NCBI GenBank assembly: GCA_963782205.1
Contig: CAWAIY010000007.1
Span: 43,690 to 107,689, forward strand
Length of the DNA: 64,000 nt
From: an uncultured Verrucomicrobiae bacterium
Lineage (GTDB): Bacteria > Verrucomicrobiota > Verrucomicrobiia > Chthoniobacterales > UBA10450
Reading direction: 5' to 3'
Shown here: one piece after another, positions 47,315 through 55,929 of the stretch
Numbering within the stretch: the stretch's first letter is position 1
Layout of the letters: every line of letters begins with the position of its first letter
The notes under the pieces: model-generated
What the model was told of the DNA's origin: nothing
Database searches by the model: none
What the model saw: only the letters and a program-made list of their open reading frames with translations
Made by a program: the position numbers and the translations under genes

Positions 47315-48383
47315 TTGCCCGCGGCGGCTTTTCGCGCCATGATGAACGCTTCGCAAATGCCTCACCGTCTTTTCACCGCCGCTCTCGCCGTTGATCCGGA
47401 GCTGGCCCCCGGCGCGCGCAACGCGATCCGCGATTGCCTGCGTCTCCTGCCTAACGAGCGCATCACCATCATCACTGATGGAGCAACTCGCGACATCGCT
47501 ACCGCACTCCAGCAGGAGGTCGAGGAAGTGGGTTCCGAATTCGCCGTCTTCGTGCTCGAGGAGTACGCCGAACGGCCGCTCACCGATATGCCGCGCCCGA
47601 TCCTCGACGACCTTGCCAACTCGCAGGTTTCAATCTTCTGCGCCCAGTCGCAACGCGGTGAACTTGGCTCGCGCATGCAGATGAGCAGCCGTCGTGAACA
47701 AGCATCGCATCCGCCATGGCCACATGGTCAACATCAGCCGCCAGATCATGTGCGAAGGCATGCGCGCAGATTTCATGGCGATCGACGCCCTCAGCCAGCG
47801 GCTCATCGAACGGGTCCGTCGTGCCAGGCGCGTCAGCTGCCGCACCCCTGCGGGAACCGATTTCGTGGCCGATCTTTCGCCGGCCCTTAAATGGGTCAAG
47901 ACGAGCGGGATTATCACGCCCGATAAATGGGGCAATCTTCCCGGCGGCGAGATTTTCACTTCACCCGGAACCACCAACGGCGTTTTTGTCGTCGACGGCG
48001 TGGTCGGCGATTACCTCTGCGAGCGTTACGGCGACATCCAGGCCACGCCTCTCACGATCAAGGTGAAGGAAAACCGCATCCATTCTCTGGCCTGCAAGAA
48101 CAAGGAATTGCTCGAGGAATTTCGCGCCTACACCAGCACCGACGAAAACAGCAATCGGGTCGGCGAGTTCGCCGTTGGCACCAACACCGCCTGCACTCGC
48201 GTCATTGGCAACATCCTGCAGGACGAAAAGATTCCCGGCATCCACATCGCCTTTGGCCATCCCTACTGCGAGCACACCGGCCAGACCTGGTTTTCCAAGA
48301 CCCACATCGACTGCGTCGGCCGCGACTTTGATATATGGTTCGACGGCGAGCAGATCATGGCGGGTGGCAGATTCCTGGTCTGA
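47315..48383 (+). pseudogene. M29-family aminopeptidase, interrupted by a frameshift near 47685..47700
   Basis: The N-terminal homologous part lies in the frame of ORF 47315..47890 up to ...QRGELGSRMQM. The rest (NKHRIRHGHMVNISRQIM...GEIFTSP...GEFAVGTN...IHIAFG) lies in the frame of ORF 47694..48383. That second frame carries a TGA at 47682..47684. Confidence 0.75.
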
Positions 48384-48393
48384 CGAGTTGTAG

Positions 48394-48410
48394 GTCAGGC
48401 TTCTAGCCTG
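48394..48410 (+). terminator. hairpin TCAGGCT-tct-AGCCTGA downstream of the aminopeptidase
   Basis: 7-bp stem read from the sequence, with only a weak T run after it. Confidence 0.35.
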
Positions 48411-48698
48411 ATTCGGCCGACAGGTTCACTTACCCGTTGATTCCAATGGCTTCTACCTGCCTGGCCTCGGTGGTTCCTTACACTCTCGCTCTGCTCCATT
48501 GGAAACCCCCGCCTCCGTTATCATTCGTCTCGCAGAAAGAGCTTTTCCCGTGGAAGGACTTCTGGTTTTCTGGTTCCCGATGAAAGCCGCGTTCGCCCCC
48601 GCGAAAGCGACACCGTTGCGATATTGGTTCTGCAACTTTCTCGTCTGTATCTCGCGGAGGTCCGCTTGCCCTGGGAACCTTGCAAAGGGGACTGAATC

Positions 48699-49319
48699 AT
48701 GCGCTCAGTTCCCCGTTCGCTCTGTCTTGGCTGGTTCTTTCTGCATTTTCTACTCATCGGATTGATTTGCGCTCATGAAAGTCTTTGGCTCATCGACAGG
48801 CAATTGACTGTCGCGCCGCGCTCCTCAAACCGTGTTTGGCAACGGATCGACAGCGTTCCAGCGACACTTCTTGGAGACAACCTTGGTTCTAATAACTTCT
48901 TCCGCCGGGCAATCGCTACCTACACGAACGCTGCCGGGATCGAAGTCGGTTATGGCTATTTCGCACCTAATGTGCCGGAAACGCACGCGATCGTCTTTGA
49001 ACTCCATTATCCGGACGGGCACGTCGATTATGATGCACCGGTTCTTGGCAGCCAGGAAGGTGAACTGCGCCTGACGAGCTTAGTCGAGCAAATCGGGCGA
49101 ACCGACTACGAAAGATGGCGGAATGAGCTGATCAGAAGACTTGTTCGTTCGATTTGGCAGCGACATCCTACTGCCGTTTCCATCCGGTGCTTCTTCGGCT
49201 CCGTTACGCCTCCGACGCTCGCCGCCTACCGATCTGGAAAGAATGAACGCACGTTTACCTGCCAGTATGTATATGACTTCCAGCAAACGCTTCGAAAACA
49301 GAAAGAAGGAGCGCCGTGA
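48699..49319 (+). CDS. hypothetical membrane-anchored protein upstream of the HTTM-like gene
   Basis: 206-aa ORF with an N-terminal TM segment. Its stop overlaps the start of the next gene. Confidence 0.5.
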   Translation: MRSVPRSLCLGWFFLHFLLIGLICAHESLWLIDRQLTVAPRSSNRVWQRIDSVPATLLGDNLGSNNFFRRAIATYTNAAGIEVGYGYFAPNVPETHAIVFELHYPDGHVDYDAPVLGSQEGELRLTSLVEQIGRTDYERWRNELIRRLVRSIWQRHPTAVSIRCFFGSVTPPTLAAYRSGKNERTFTCQYVYDFQQTLRKQKEGAP

Positions 49320-50258
49320 ATCCGGCAGAGCAAAGATTCGGGTTTCTCTTCCCGGCTGATACCGGGCGATGGCTCTTCATCCTAAGAGTGGGGCTCGGAC
49401 TGGAAATCTTGTTCTACACATTATCGCTTCGAAGCGATTGGAATCTTATCTTCGGCGGCTCAGGCCATGGACTGCTTGGTCGGGATGTGGCCGATGCAAT
49501 GGCAGTTGTCCAGAGTCCGCTCATCCCGCGACTCGGCTGGTTCATCTTCCTATTCCAGCAAATTGGCCTGGATGAAAGCCTGGCCTTGTCAGCCATCTGG
49601 TGGTGTTTGCTGACTCTCGGATGTTTTCTCATCCTTGGGCTGTTTTCGCGGCCGGCGGCCATTCTGACCTGGTTTTTACAGTTGGCGTGCGCCAAAAGCG
49701 GCGGCTTGCTTTCCTACGGTGCGGATAACCTGATCACAATCGGGCTTTTTTATCTCATGATTGCGCCGCTTCCTGATCCATGGTCGCTCGACAGCTTGCT
49801 TCGTTATCAGAGCGAGGAGGAATCCGCAGTTGCTCGGCTTCCATCGTCGCGTATTGCAGGTGCATCTTTGCCTGATCTACTTTTTTGGCGGCCTGACCAA
49901 ATGTCTGGGCGCCGGTTGGTGGAATGGCTCCAATTTGTGGCGCTCATTGACGATTCCCCCATTCAATATCCTTCCGCTCCACTGGGTCGCGTCCTTGGGA
50001 TTTCTGCTGCCTGCCATTGGGATCGCTATTTGCCTGCTGGAGACGACGTATCCGTTTCTCATTTGGTGGGGACGCACGCGAAAGCCGGTCCTTTATGCTA
50101 TTTGCGCGCTGCATCTCGGCGTCGGTCTCTTTATGGGCATGTACCTTTTCGCCGGTATCATGCTTGTCTTGAACCTCGCCGCATTCTGGCCGCGCGAACA
50201 AGCGCTCGAAACCGAACCGGCATTTCCAAACCTGGAAGCGGTCCGGAGTTCGACCTGA
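49316..50258 (+). pseudogene. HTTM/SdpB-like polytopic membrane protein, interrupted by a frameshift near 49805..49821
   Basis: The frame of ORF 49316 gives membrane-like sequence up to ...PLPDPWSLDSLLR and then low-complexity junk. The frame of ORF 49761 continues with NPQLLGFHRRVLQVHLCLIYFFGGLTKCLGAGWWNGSNLW...TYPFLIWWGRTRK. The family call is tentative. Confidence 0.6.
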
Positions 50259-50327
50259 TCCACATCGCGGAAAAGATTGCTGCTGGAAGAATTTAGAGCA
50301 CTGTGGAAAAGGAGGTGCGCTGTCGAC

Positions 50328-52712
50328 ATGCCGGCACATGCAGAAGCGAATCTTAAGCCTGAAATTGCCCACATCCTTTCGATCGATGTCGTGGGCTATT
50401 CGAAACTGCTCATTAACGAACAGGTCGACCTTCTCAAGCAGCTCAACCAGGTGGTGCGCGAGACCGCCTCCGCCCGCGCTGCGGAGGCGAACGGCAAGCT
50501 CATTCGGCTGCCGACGGGTGACGGAATGGTTCTGCTTTTTTTCGAAAGCCCGGAGGAACCGCTCCGTTGCGCAGTCGAAATCAGCAAAGCGCTCCGCAAC
50601 CATCCCGAGATTCGCGTGCGGATGGGCGCGCACAGCGGGCCGGTAAACGAGGTCGAGGATGTAAACGGGCGGCACAATGTTGCCGGCGCCGGGATTAACA
50701 CCGCGCAACGAGTCCTCGACTGTGGAGATGCCGGGCACATTCTTCTCTCGAAAAGATTAGCGGACGATCTCGCCGAATATGGTCATTGGCGACCTCATCT
50801 GACTGACATGGGTGAATGCACCGTCAAGCACGGAGTCAGACTTCGACTGGTTAACTTTGTCGACGGGTCCGTCGGGAATAGTGCGCGCCCTGAGAAACTC
50901 AGGAGCGGCACCGGTTCACCGGTCGCATCGCTGGATCAGTTACGAAAATCGCGTCAGCGACGGGTGTTAATTTCAGCCCTAACTCTCGTCGCTCTCTTCC
51001 TGGGCCTTTCCGTCGCCCTTTGGGTTAGATCACGCAATCCACCAGAGCTCATCGCAAAGAGCGTGGCTGTCCTCCCATTCGAAAGCCTGAGCGACGAACA
51101 CCGTGACGCCTACTTCGCCGACGGCATGCAGGACGAGATCCTCCGGGACCTGGTCAAAATCGCGGATCTCAAAGTCATTAGCCGCACCTCTGTCGCGAAA
51201 TATCGCAGCATCGGGAACTTAAACCTGAAACAGATCGCGAGTGATCTTCATGTTCGATATATTCTCGAAGGCAGCGTGCAGCGGGCAAACGATCGAATCA
51301 GAGTCCAGGCGCAGTTGATCGATGCGGCGACTGACGCACACGTCTGGGCGGATCACTACGACCGGCAGCTGGCTGATGTCTTTGCCATCCAGAGTGAAAT
51401 CGCCGAAAAGATCGTCTCCCAACTGCAGGCACAGATCACTCCTGAGGAGAAGGCCGCGATCGAGATCCGGCCCACGCAAGACATTCCGGCCTATGAGTCA
51501 TACGTTAAGGCCAATGCGATTATCGATCGAGTAATCTACGATTCCAACCGAATCGAGGATCTCTGGGAGGCAGAGCAACTCCTCGAGCAGGCGACTGCGC
51601 GGGACCCCAAATTCTTTCTCGCCTTTTGCCGGCTCGCCTACGTCCACGACCAGCTCTACTTCAACAGCCTCGATCACACTCCTTCCCGGCTCGCGCTGGC
51701 AAAGGCGGCCCTTGAGACTGCGAGACACTTGCAGCCCGATGCCGGAGAAGTTCACCTGGCGGCGGCGGCTCACTATTACTTTGGCTATCTCGATTACAAT
51801 CATGCCCGCCAGGAACTGGTCGCAGCCAGAAAAAAGTTGCCTAACGATCCCTACCCGATTCTGCTTCTTGGCTACATAGACCGCCGGCAGGGACGCTGGG
51901 ACGAGTCAACTCGCAAGCTCGAGCACGCGCTGGATCTCGACCCGGGCAATCTTCTGTTTCTCAAGCAGCTCGCGCTGAGTTACACAAATCTGCGCCGCTA
52001 CGCCGATGTCGAAACAATACTCGATCGGGCGATTGCCCTTGCGCCCAATGATCCAAACTTCCGCATCCAGCAAGCAAGCGTGGAGTTGGATTGGCATGCC
52101 GACACCAAACCCCTCCATGCCGCGATCGACCAGATCCTGGCGCGGGATCCGGGCAAAGCTTCCGTGATCGCCGACCAGTGGATTTACCTCGCCCTGTGCG
52201 AGAAGGACATTAATGCGGCCGGTAAAGCGCTCGATGTCATGACCGAAAACGGCTGTCAGGATGGGGGTTTGCCTTACCCCCGCTCCTGGTGTGAAGGTTT
52301 GGTCGCTCGCGAAAGGAAAGACACGAGTGCCGCGCAGTCGGCTTTCAGCGAAGCCCGGTTACGCGTGGACCGCCTCGTCCAGGCGCAGCCCGACTTCGCG
52401 GCCGGCGTTTCCGTCCTGGGGATGATCGACGCCGCTCTCGGCAATAAAGAAAACGCCATCGCGGAGGGCCGCAAAGCAGTGGCGCTGCTCCCTACTAGCA
52501 AAGACGCCATCACGGGTCCGCTGCTTCTTCAGAATTTAGCTATCATTTACGCCTGGACCGGCGAAAAAGAAGCGGCTTTCGACGTATTGAAACAACTCGT
52601 TGCCATGCCGAGCTATCTTAGCTACGGACAACTAAAATTGCATCCGTATTGGGAGCCGTTGCGTGACAGCCGCGAATTCGGCGAAGTCGCTGCAGCTCTT
52701 GCTTCGAATTAA
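50328..52712 (+). CDS. class III adenylate/guanylate cyclase domain protein with TM segment and C-terminal TPR repeats
   Basis: ILSIDVVGYSKL...RLPTGDGMVLLF...RVRMGAHSGPV is the cyclase core. It is followed by a TolB-N-like region and TPR repeats. The start was set to the ATG at 50328. Confidence 0.85.
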   Translation: MPAHAEANLKPEIAHILSIDVVGYSKLLINEQVDLLKQLNQVVRETASARAAEANGKLIRLPTGDGMVLLFFESPEEPLRCAVEISKALRNHPEIRVRMGAHSGPVNEVEDVNGRHNVAGAGINTAQRVLDCGDAGHILLSKRLADDLAEYGHWRPHLTDMGECTVKHGVRLRLVNFVDGSVGNSARPEKLRSGTGSPVASLDQLRKSRQRRVLISALTLVALFLGLSVALWVRSRNPPELIAKSVAVLPFESLSDEHRDAYFADGMQDEILRDLVKIADLKVISRTSVAKYRSIGNLNLKQIASDLHVRYILEGSVQRANDRIRVQAQLIDAATDAHVWADHYDRQLADVFAIQSEIAEKIVSQLQAQITPEEKAAIEIRPTQDIPAYESYVKANAIIDRVIYDSNRIEDLWEAEQLLEQATARDPKFFLAFCRLAYVHDQLYFNSLDHTPSRLALAKAALETARHLQPDAGEVHLAAAAHYYFGYLDYNHARQELVAARKKLPNDPYPILLLGYIDRRQGRWDESTRKLEHALDLDPGNLLFLKQLALSYTNLRRYADVETILDRAIALAPNDPNFRIQQASVELDWHADTKPLHAAIDQILARDPGKASVIADQWIYLALCEKDINAAGKALDVMTENGCQDGGLPYPRSWCEGLVARERKDTSAAQSAFSEARLRVDRLVQAQPDFAAGVSVLGMIDAALGNKENAIAEGRKAVALLPTSKDAITGPLLLQNLAIIYAWTGEKEAAFDVLKQLVAMPSYLSYGQLKLHPYWEPLRDSREFGEVAAALASN

Positions 52713-52750
52713 GATACTTTCTTTGGCAGGTTTGGATATGCCAACGCCCA

Positions 52751-53245
52751 CTAATTAGTGTCCAACAGGGACAGAATCGTCTCCACCTGTTGTTCGTTTT
52801 TGAGTCCCACTTTCTGCGTGACGTGCATGTTGCAGGGATCGCTGCCGACCACTTGCGTGATTGCAGCGCGCGATACGGTTACTACACTTGGATCATCACT
52901 GCCGACATCTGTATAAGTTTTTGCAGGCCCGCCCTGCGGATCGCTTATCGAAACATTTTGCCGCCATTGAATATTCGAGGGGTCAAGAGCATTATCGAAT
53001 TTTTCCATGGATTCCGGCTTTATCTTGACTCTCCTTACCTTGAAAGGGTTGGTGGGATCGCCGAAGACCAGAATGTATTTCGCTCTTAGTTCATTTTTTT
53101 CAACCAGCAAGTCCCAAACCCGCGGGACGACCACGCCGCCGGCTGCAAAGACGACAATGGCTGCAATGGCAACAACGGCAAGTGCCTTCGCGCTAACGCG
53201 AAAGCCAGCCTTCGCAGAACCTATATTTGTGTCAGGGGTATTCAT
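52751..53245 (-). CDS. hypothetical membrane-anchored protein (lower GC)
   Basis: 164-aa ORF with one TM segment (ALAVVAIAAIVVFAAGGVVV). I recognise no family. Confidence 0.5.
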   Translation of the reverse strand: MNTPDTNIGSAKAGFRVSAKALAVVAIAAIVVFAAGGVVVPRVWDLLVEKNELRAKYILVFGDPTNPFKVRRVKIKPESMEKFDNALDPSNIQWRQNVSISDPQGGPAKTYTDVGSDDPSVVTVSRAAITQVVGSDPCNMHVTQKVGLKNEQQVETILSLLDTN

Positions 53246-53366
53246 AATCGCTGGTTTTGAACACCGGACGCGCAGGTGTCAAGCGACAAACACACTTTTT
53301 TCCGGTTGCTGCGGTCGGCGAGGAAGCCGCCCAAGATGGGCATTGAGATAAACGCTGGTCACGCGA

Positions 53367-53733
53367 TCAGCCTGTTCGCTTCAGCGATCGTTTAAGGGAG
53401 CGCGAATCAGCCTGCCTCCACTTCGAGGAATGGCCGGCGACGAACTTAAAAATCACGAAGCAAAGACCGGAGGCGGCGGTGAGACCGGCGTGCATCAGCC
53501 AAAAAAGTGGTCGTGGGCATGGTCTGGTAGAAGCCGCCGACCCAGCCGACGAGGCTGTTGCCGTAGAAGAAGGCCAGGTAATAGAGGCCGATGATGGTGC
53601 CGGGGATCGCCTGGGGCGCGTATTTGGCGAGGAGAGCGAGACTGATCGGCAGCAGGTAGGGGGAGGCAATGCTGTTGACAGACGTGAAAGGAAACCGGTC
53701 GTCTACACGGCGGAGCCCAACGGCAAAAATCAA
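53367..53733 (-). pseudogene. remnant of a POT/PTR2-family peptide transporter (C-terminal end only, frameshifted)
   Basis: SIASPYLLPISLALLAKYAPQAIPGTIIGLYYLAFFYGNSLVGWVGG (ORF 53446..53733) continues in another frame as FWLMHAGLTAASGLCFVIFKFVAG (ORF 53367..53669). No N-terminal 300+ aa are present. Confidence 0.6.
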
Positions 53734-53856
53734 GGTGACGGTGGACGGGATCGACGCGAACGGGAAATCATGCCGTGTGGGTCAGCTCATCTTCGTCGCG
53801 TCAGATGGTGTGAATTGCCTTCTCGTTGCCGCATCGACGTGCTTTCATAGGTTTAG

Positions 53857-54303
53857 ATGAAAAAGGCGAAAAAGAAATCGAGCGCCGAAAAGCACAGTTC
53901 CTATCAGAAACCAGCCCTGCGCAGCGAAGCGTTTGCCCGGGCGCTGAGCGACGCCAAATTGCGCCTTGCCGGTTCCGGGGGTTTGCGCTCGCTTTTTGAA
54001 AAGGCCGCGAAAGATGCTGCCTCGCTCCCCAGGGAGCGATTCAACGGGAATTGGCCGTACCTTCAGACGATGCTGCGCTTGGTGCGCGCCTACGAGCACG
54101 GCGAATACAAACAGGTTTCGAATGATGCCCTGCTCTGGATCGTAACGGCTCTCAACTATTTGGTCGATCCATTCGATTTGATTCCGGACAGCATTCCGTT
54201 TCTCGGCTTCGTCGATGACGCGATTGTGGTCGAATTTGTCGTGAATAAGACCCGGCAAACACTGGACGATTTCATGATCTGGGAAACCACCGGCGTCACT
54301 TAG
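53857..54303 (+). CDS. DUF1232 (YkvA-like) domain protein
   Basis: LNYLVDPFDLIPDSIPFLGFVDDAIVV is the DUF1232 signature. Confidence 0.8.
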   Translation: MKKAKKKSSAEKHSSYQKPALRSEAFARALSDAKLRLAGSGGLRSLFEKAAKDAASLPRERFNGNWPYLQTMLRLVRAYEHGEYKQVSNDALLWIVTALNYLVDPFDLIPDSIPFLGFVDDAIVVEFVVNKTRQTLDDFMIWETTGVT

Positions 54304-54338
54304 ACGGCATCCGCGTTCCTAGACCTAAGAGCACGACC

Positions 54339-54815
54339 GTGAAAAGCTACGCAGCACCCTGGCGCACATCGCTTACTGTCATGTCTTCGATCGTCACCGC
54401 AATATGTCTCGGCGTCACGGTCGCTTTCGTTTGGATTGGCCGCCCGTGGGGAGCCTCGCTTCCACTTGCCATAGTCTGCGGCAGCGCATTGTTCACCGTC
54501 AGGGGATACACCGTTACACCCGACGCCATTCTGATTCATCGCTTATTCTGGACGACTCGATTTCCGTTGGCCGGCTTGTATTCCGCAGAGGTCGAGCCGG
54601 AGGCGATGCGCGGGAGCATTCGTACATTTGGTAATGGCGGCTTGTTCTCCTTCACTGGATGGTTTTACAGCAAGGCGCTCGGTGTATATCGCGCCTTTGT
54701 GACCGACCCGCATCAGGCAGTCGTGCTGCATTTTGATCACCGCAACGTTGTTCTTTCTCCTTCGGCGCCAGAGGACTTCGCTCGCGATATTCGTAAGACC
54801 ATCCATGCCGTTTGA
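54339..54815 (+). CDS. bacterial PH-domain membrane protein
   Basis: Two N-terminal TM segments followed by a ~100-aa domain resembling bPH families. The assignment is from memory. Confidence 0.55.
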   Translation: MKSYAAPWRTSLTVMSSIVTAICLGVTVAFVWIGRPWGASLPLAIVCGSALFTVRGYTVTPDAILIHRLFWTTRFPLAGLYSAEVEPEAMRGSIRTFGNGGLFSFTGWFYSKALGVYRAFVTDPHQAVVLHFDHRNVVLSPSAPEDFARDIRKTIHAV

Positions 54816-54940
54816 CCAATCGTCGCTGCAGCCGACGGCGATCCGGCCTTGCCGTCTATCCCGCGGCTCCCCAGCCCGCGGTATTCGCTCACGGCGGCTC
54901 ATTGTGTTCTACTTGGGCACTCAATCATGGAGCTGACATC

Positions 54941-55207
54941 ATGAAGATTGTTTCTTTTTACGAGATGGCTGCGGGCGCTTTGTCAAAAGTGACGACCCAC
55001 TTTCCCGCGCATCGTGCGAGACTCGATGAGTTCCACGCTCGAGGATTACTCCTCGCGGCTGGTCCTCTTGGCAACCCGCCAGAAGGCGCCATGGCAGTGT
55101 TTACTACACGCGAGGCAGCAGAAGAATTTATTCAAGGCGATCCATTTGTAACAAACGGTCTCGTAAGCAAATGGCGTCTGGTCGAATGGAACGCGGTATT
55201 TATTTAG
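54941..55207 (+). CDS. YciI-like small protein
   Basis: MKIVSFYEMAAG...HRARLDEFHARGLLLAAGPLG...DPFVTNGLV. The ATG at 54941 is preceded by GGAG. Confidence 0.7.
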   Translation: MKIVSFYEMAAGALSKVTTHFPAHRARLDEFHARGLLLAAGPLGNPPEGAMAVFTTREAAEEFIQGDPFVTNGLVSKWRLVEWNAVFI

Positions 55208-55369
55208 TTGCTATTACTTGCATGGCCGTGCCTAACGACGCCGATGGAGTGGGCCGCGAGCCGTCGTACTATCCAGTTTTACATGATTAAAACCCGAGGA
55301 TCCGCCGCCACGCGCGAACCCGCTCGCGGCGGCTCATGTTGTGGCCGTTAGGTCGACGGCTGAAATGCG

Positions 55370-55867
55370 ATGAAACGCATCTGGGCGATCATCGGCGTAC
55401 GCGACGTTCCGAGCAGCTTCAAATGGTACCAGTCGCTCTTCGGTCAACCTGTGACGCCTCCCGGCCATGACTACTTTGGTCAGATTCTCGATGCGGACGG
55501 AACCGTGCTGCTCTGCCTCCATCAATGGGGCGCGCACGAGCATCCTTCCTTGATGAGTCCGGAGGAGGCGTCACCTGGCAACGGACTGCTTTTGTTCTTC
55601 CGAGTAGACGATTTCGACATGGCGCTCAAAAGGGCTCGCGCTCTCGGCGCCCGGTTTGAAGAGGGACCCCGCGTGAACCCGAACACCCAAACAAGGGAGT
55701 TCTCACTCCGAGATCCGGATGGATACTACGTCACGATCAGTGCGCTCTCTGCGCCCCAGCGAATGGCGCGCGCAGGCCAACGGCCTATCCAGCGCTTGCA
55801 GCCGACGAAGGCCGCGCGACCCAATCAGGCGAAATCACCGAAAGGACGTCCGCGTCGTAGCGGCTAA
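55370..55867 (+). CDS. VOC (glyoxalase/bleomycin-resistance) family protein
   Basis: The protein contains ...VRDVPSSFKWYQSLFG...FRVDDFDMALKRA...LRDPDGYYV. Confidence 0.75.
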   Translation: MKRIWAIIGVRDVPSSFKWYQSLFGQPVTPPGHDYFGQILDADGTVLLCLHQWGAHEHPSLMSPEEASPGNGLLLFFRVDDFDMALKRARALGARFEEGPRVNPNTQTREFSLRDPDGYYVTISALSAPQRMARAGQRPIQRLQPTKAARPNQAKSPKGRPRRSG

Positions 55868-55929
55868 AGCGCAGATCGATACTGGCACTTTATCTCCGTA
55901 GACGAAGCCCTTGTGAGATTGTTCGCTGT

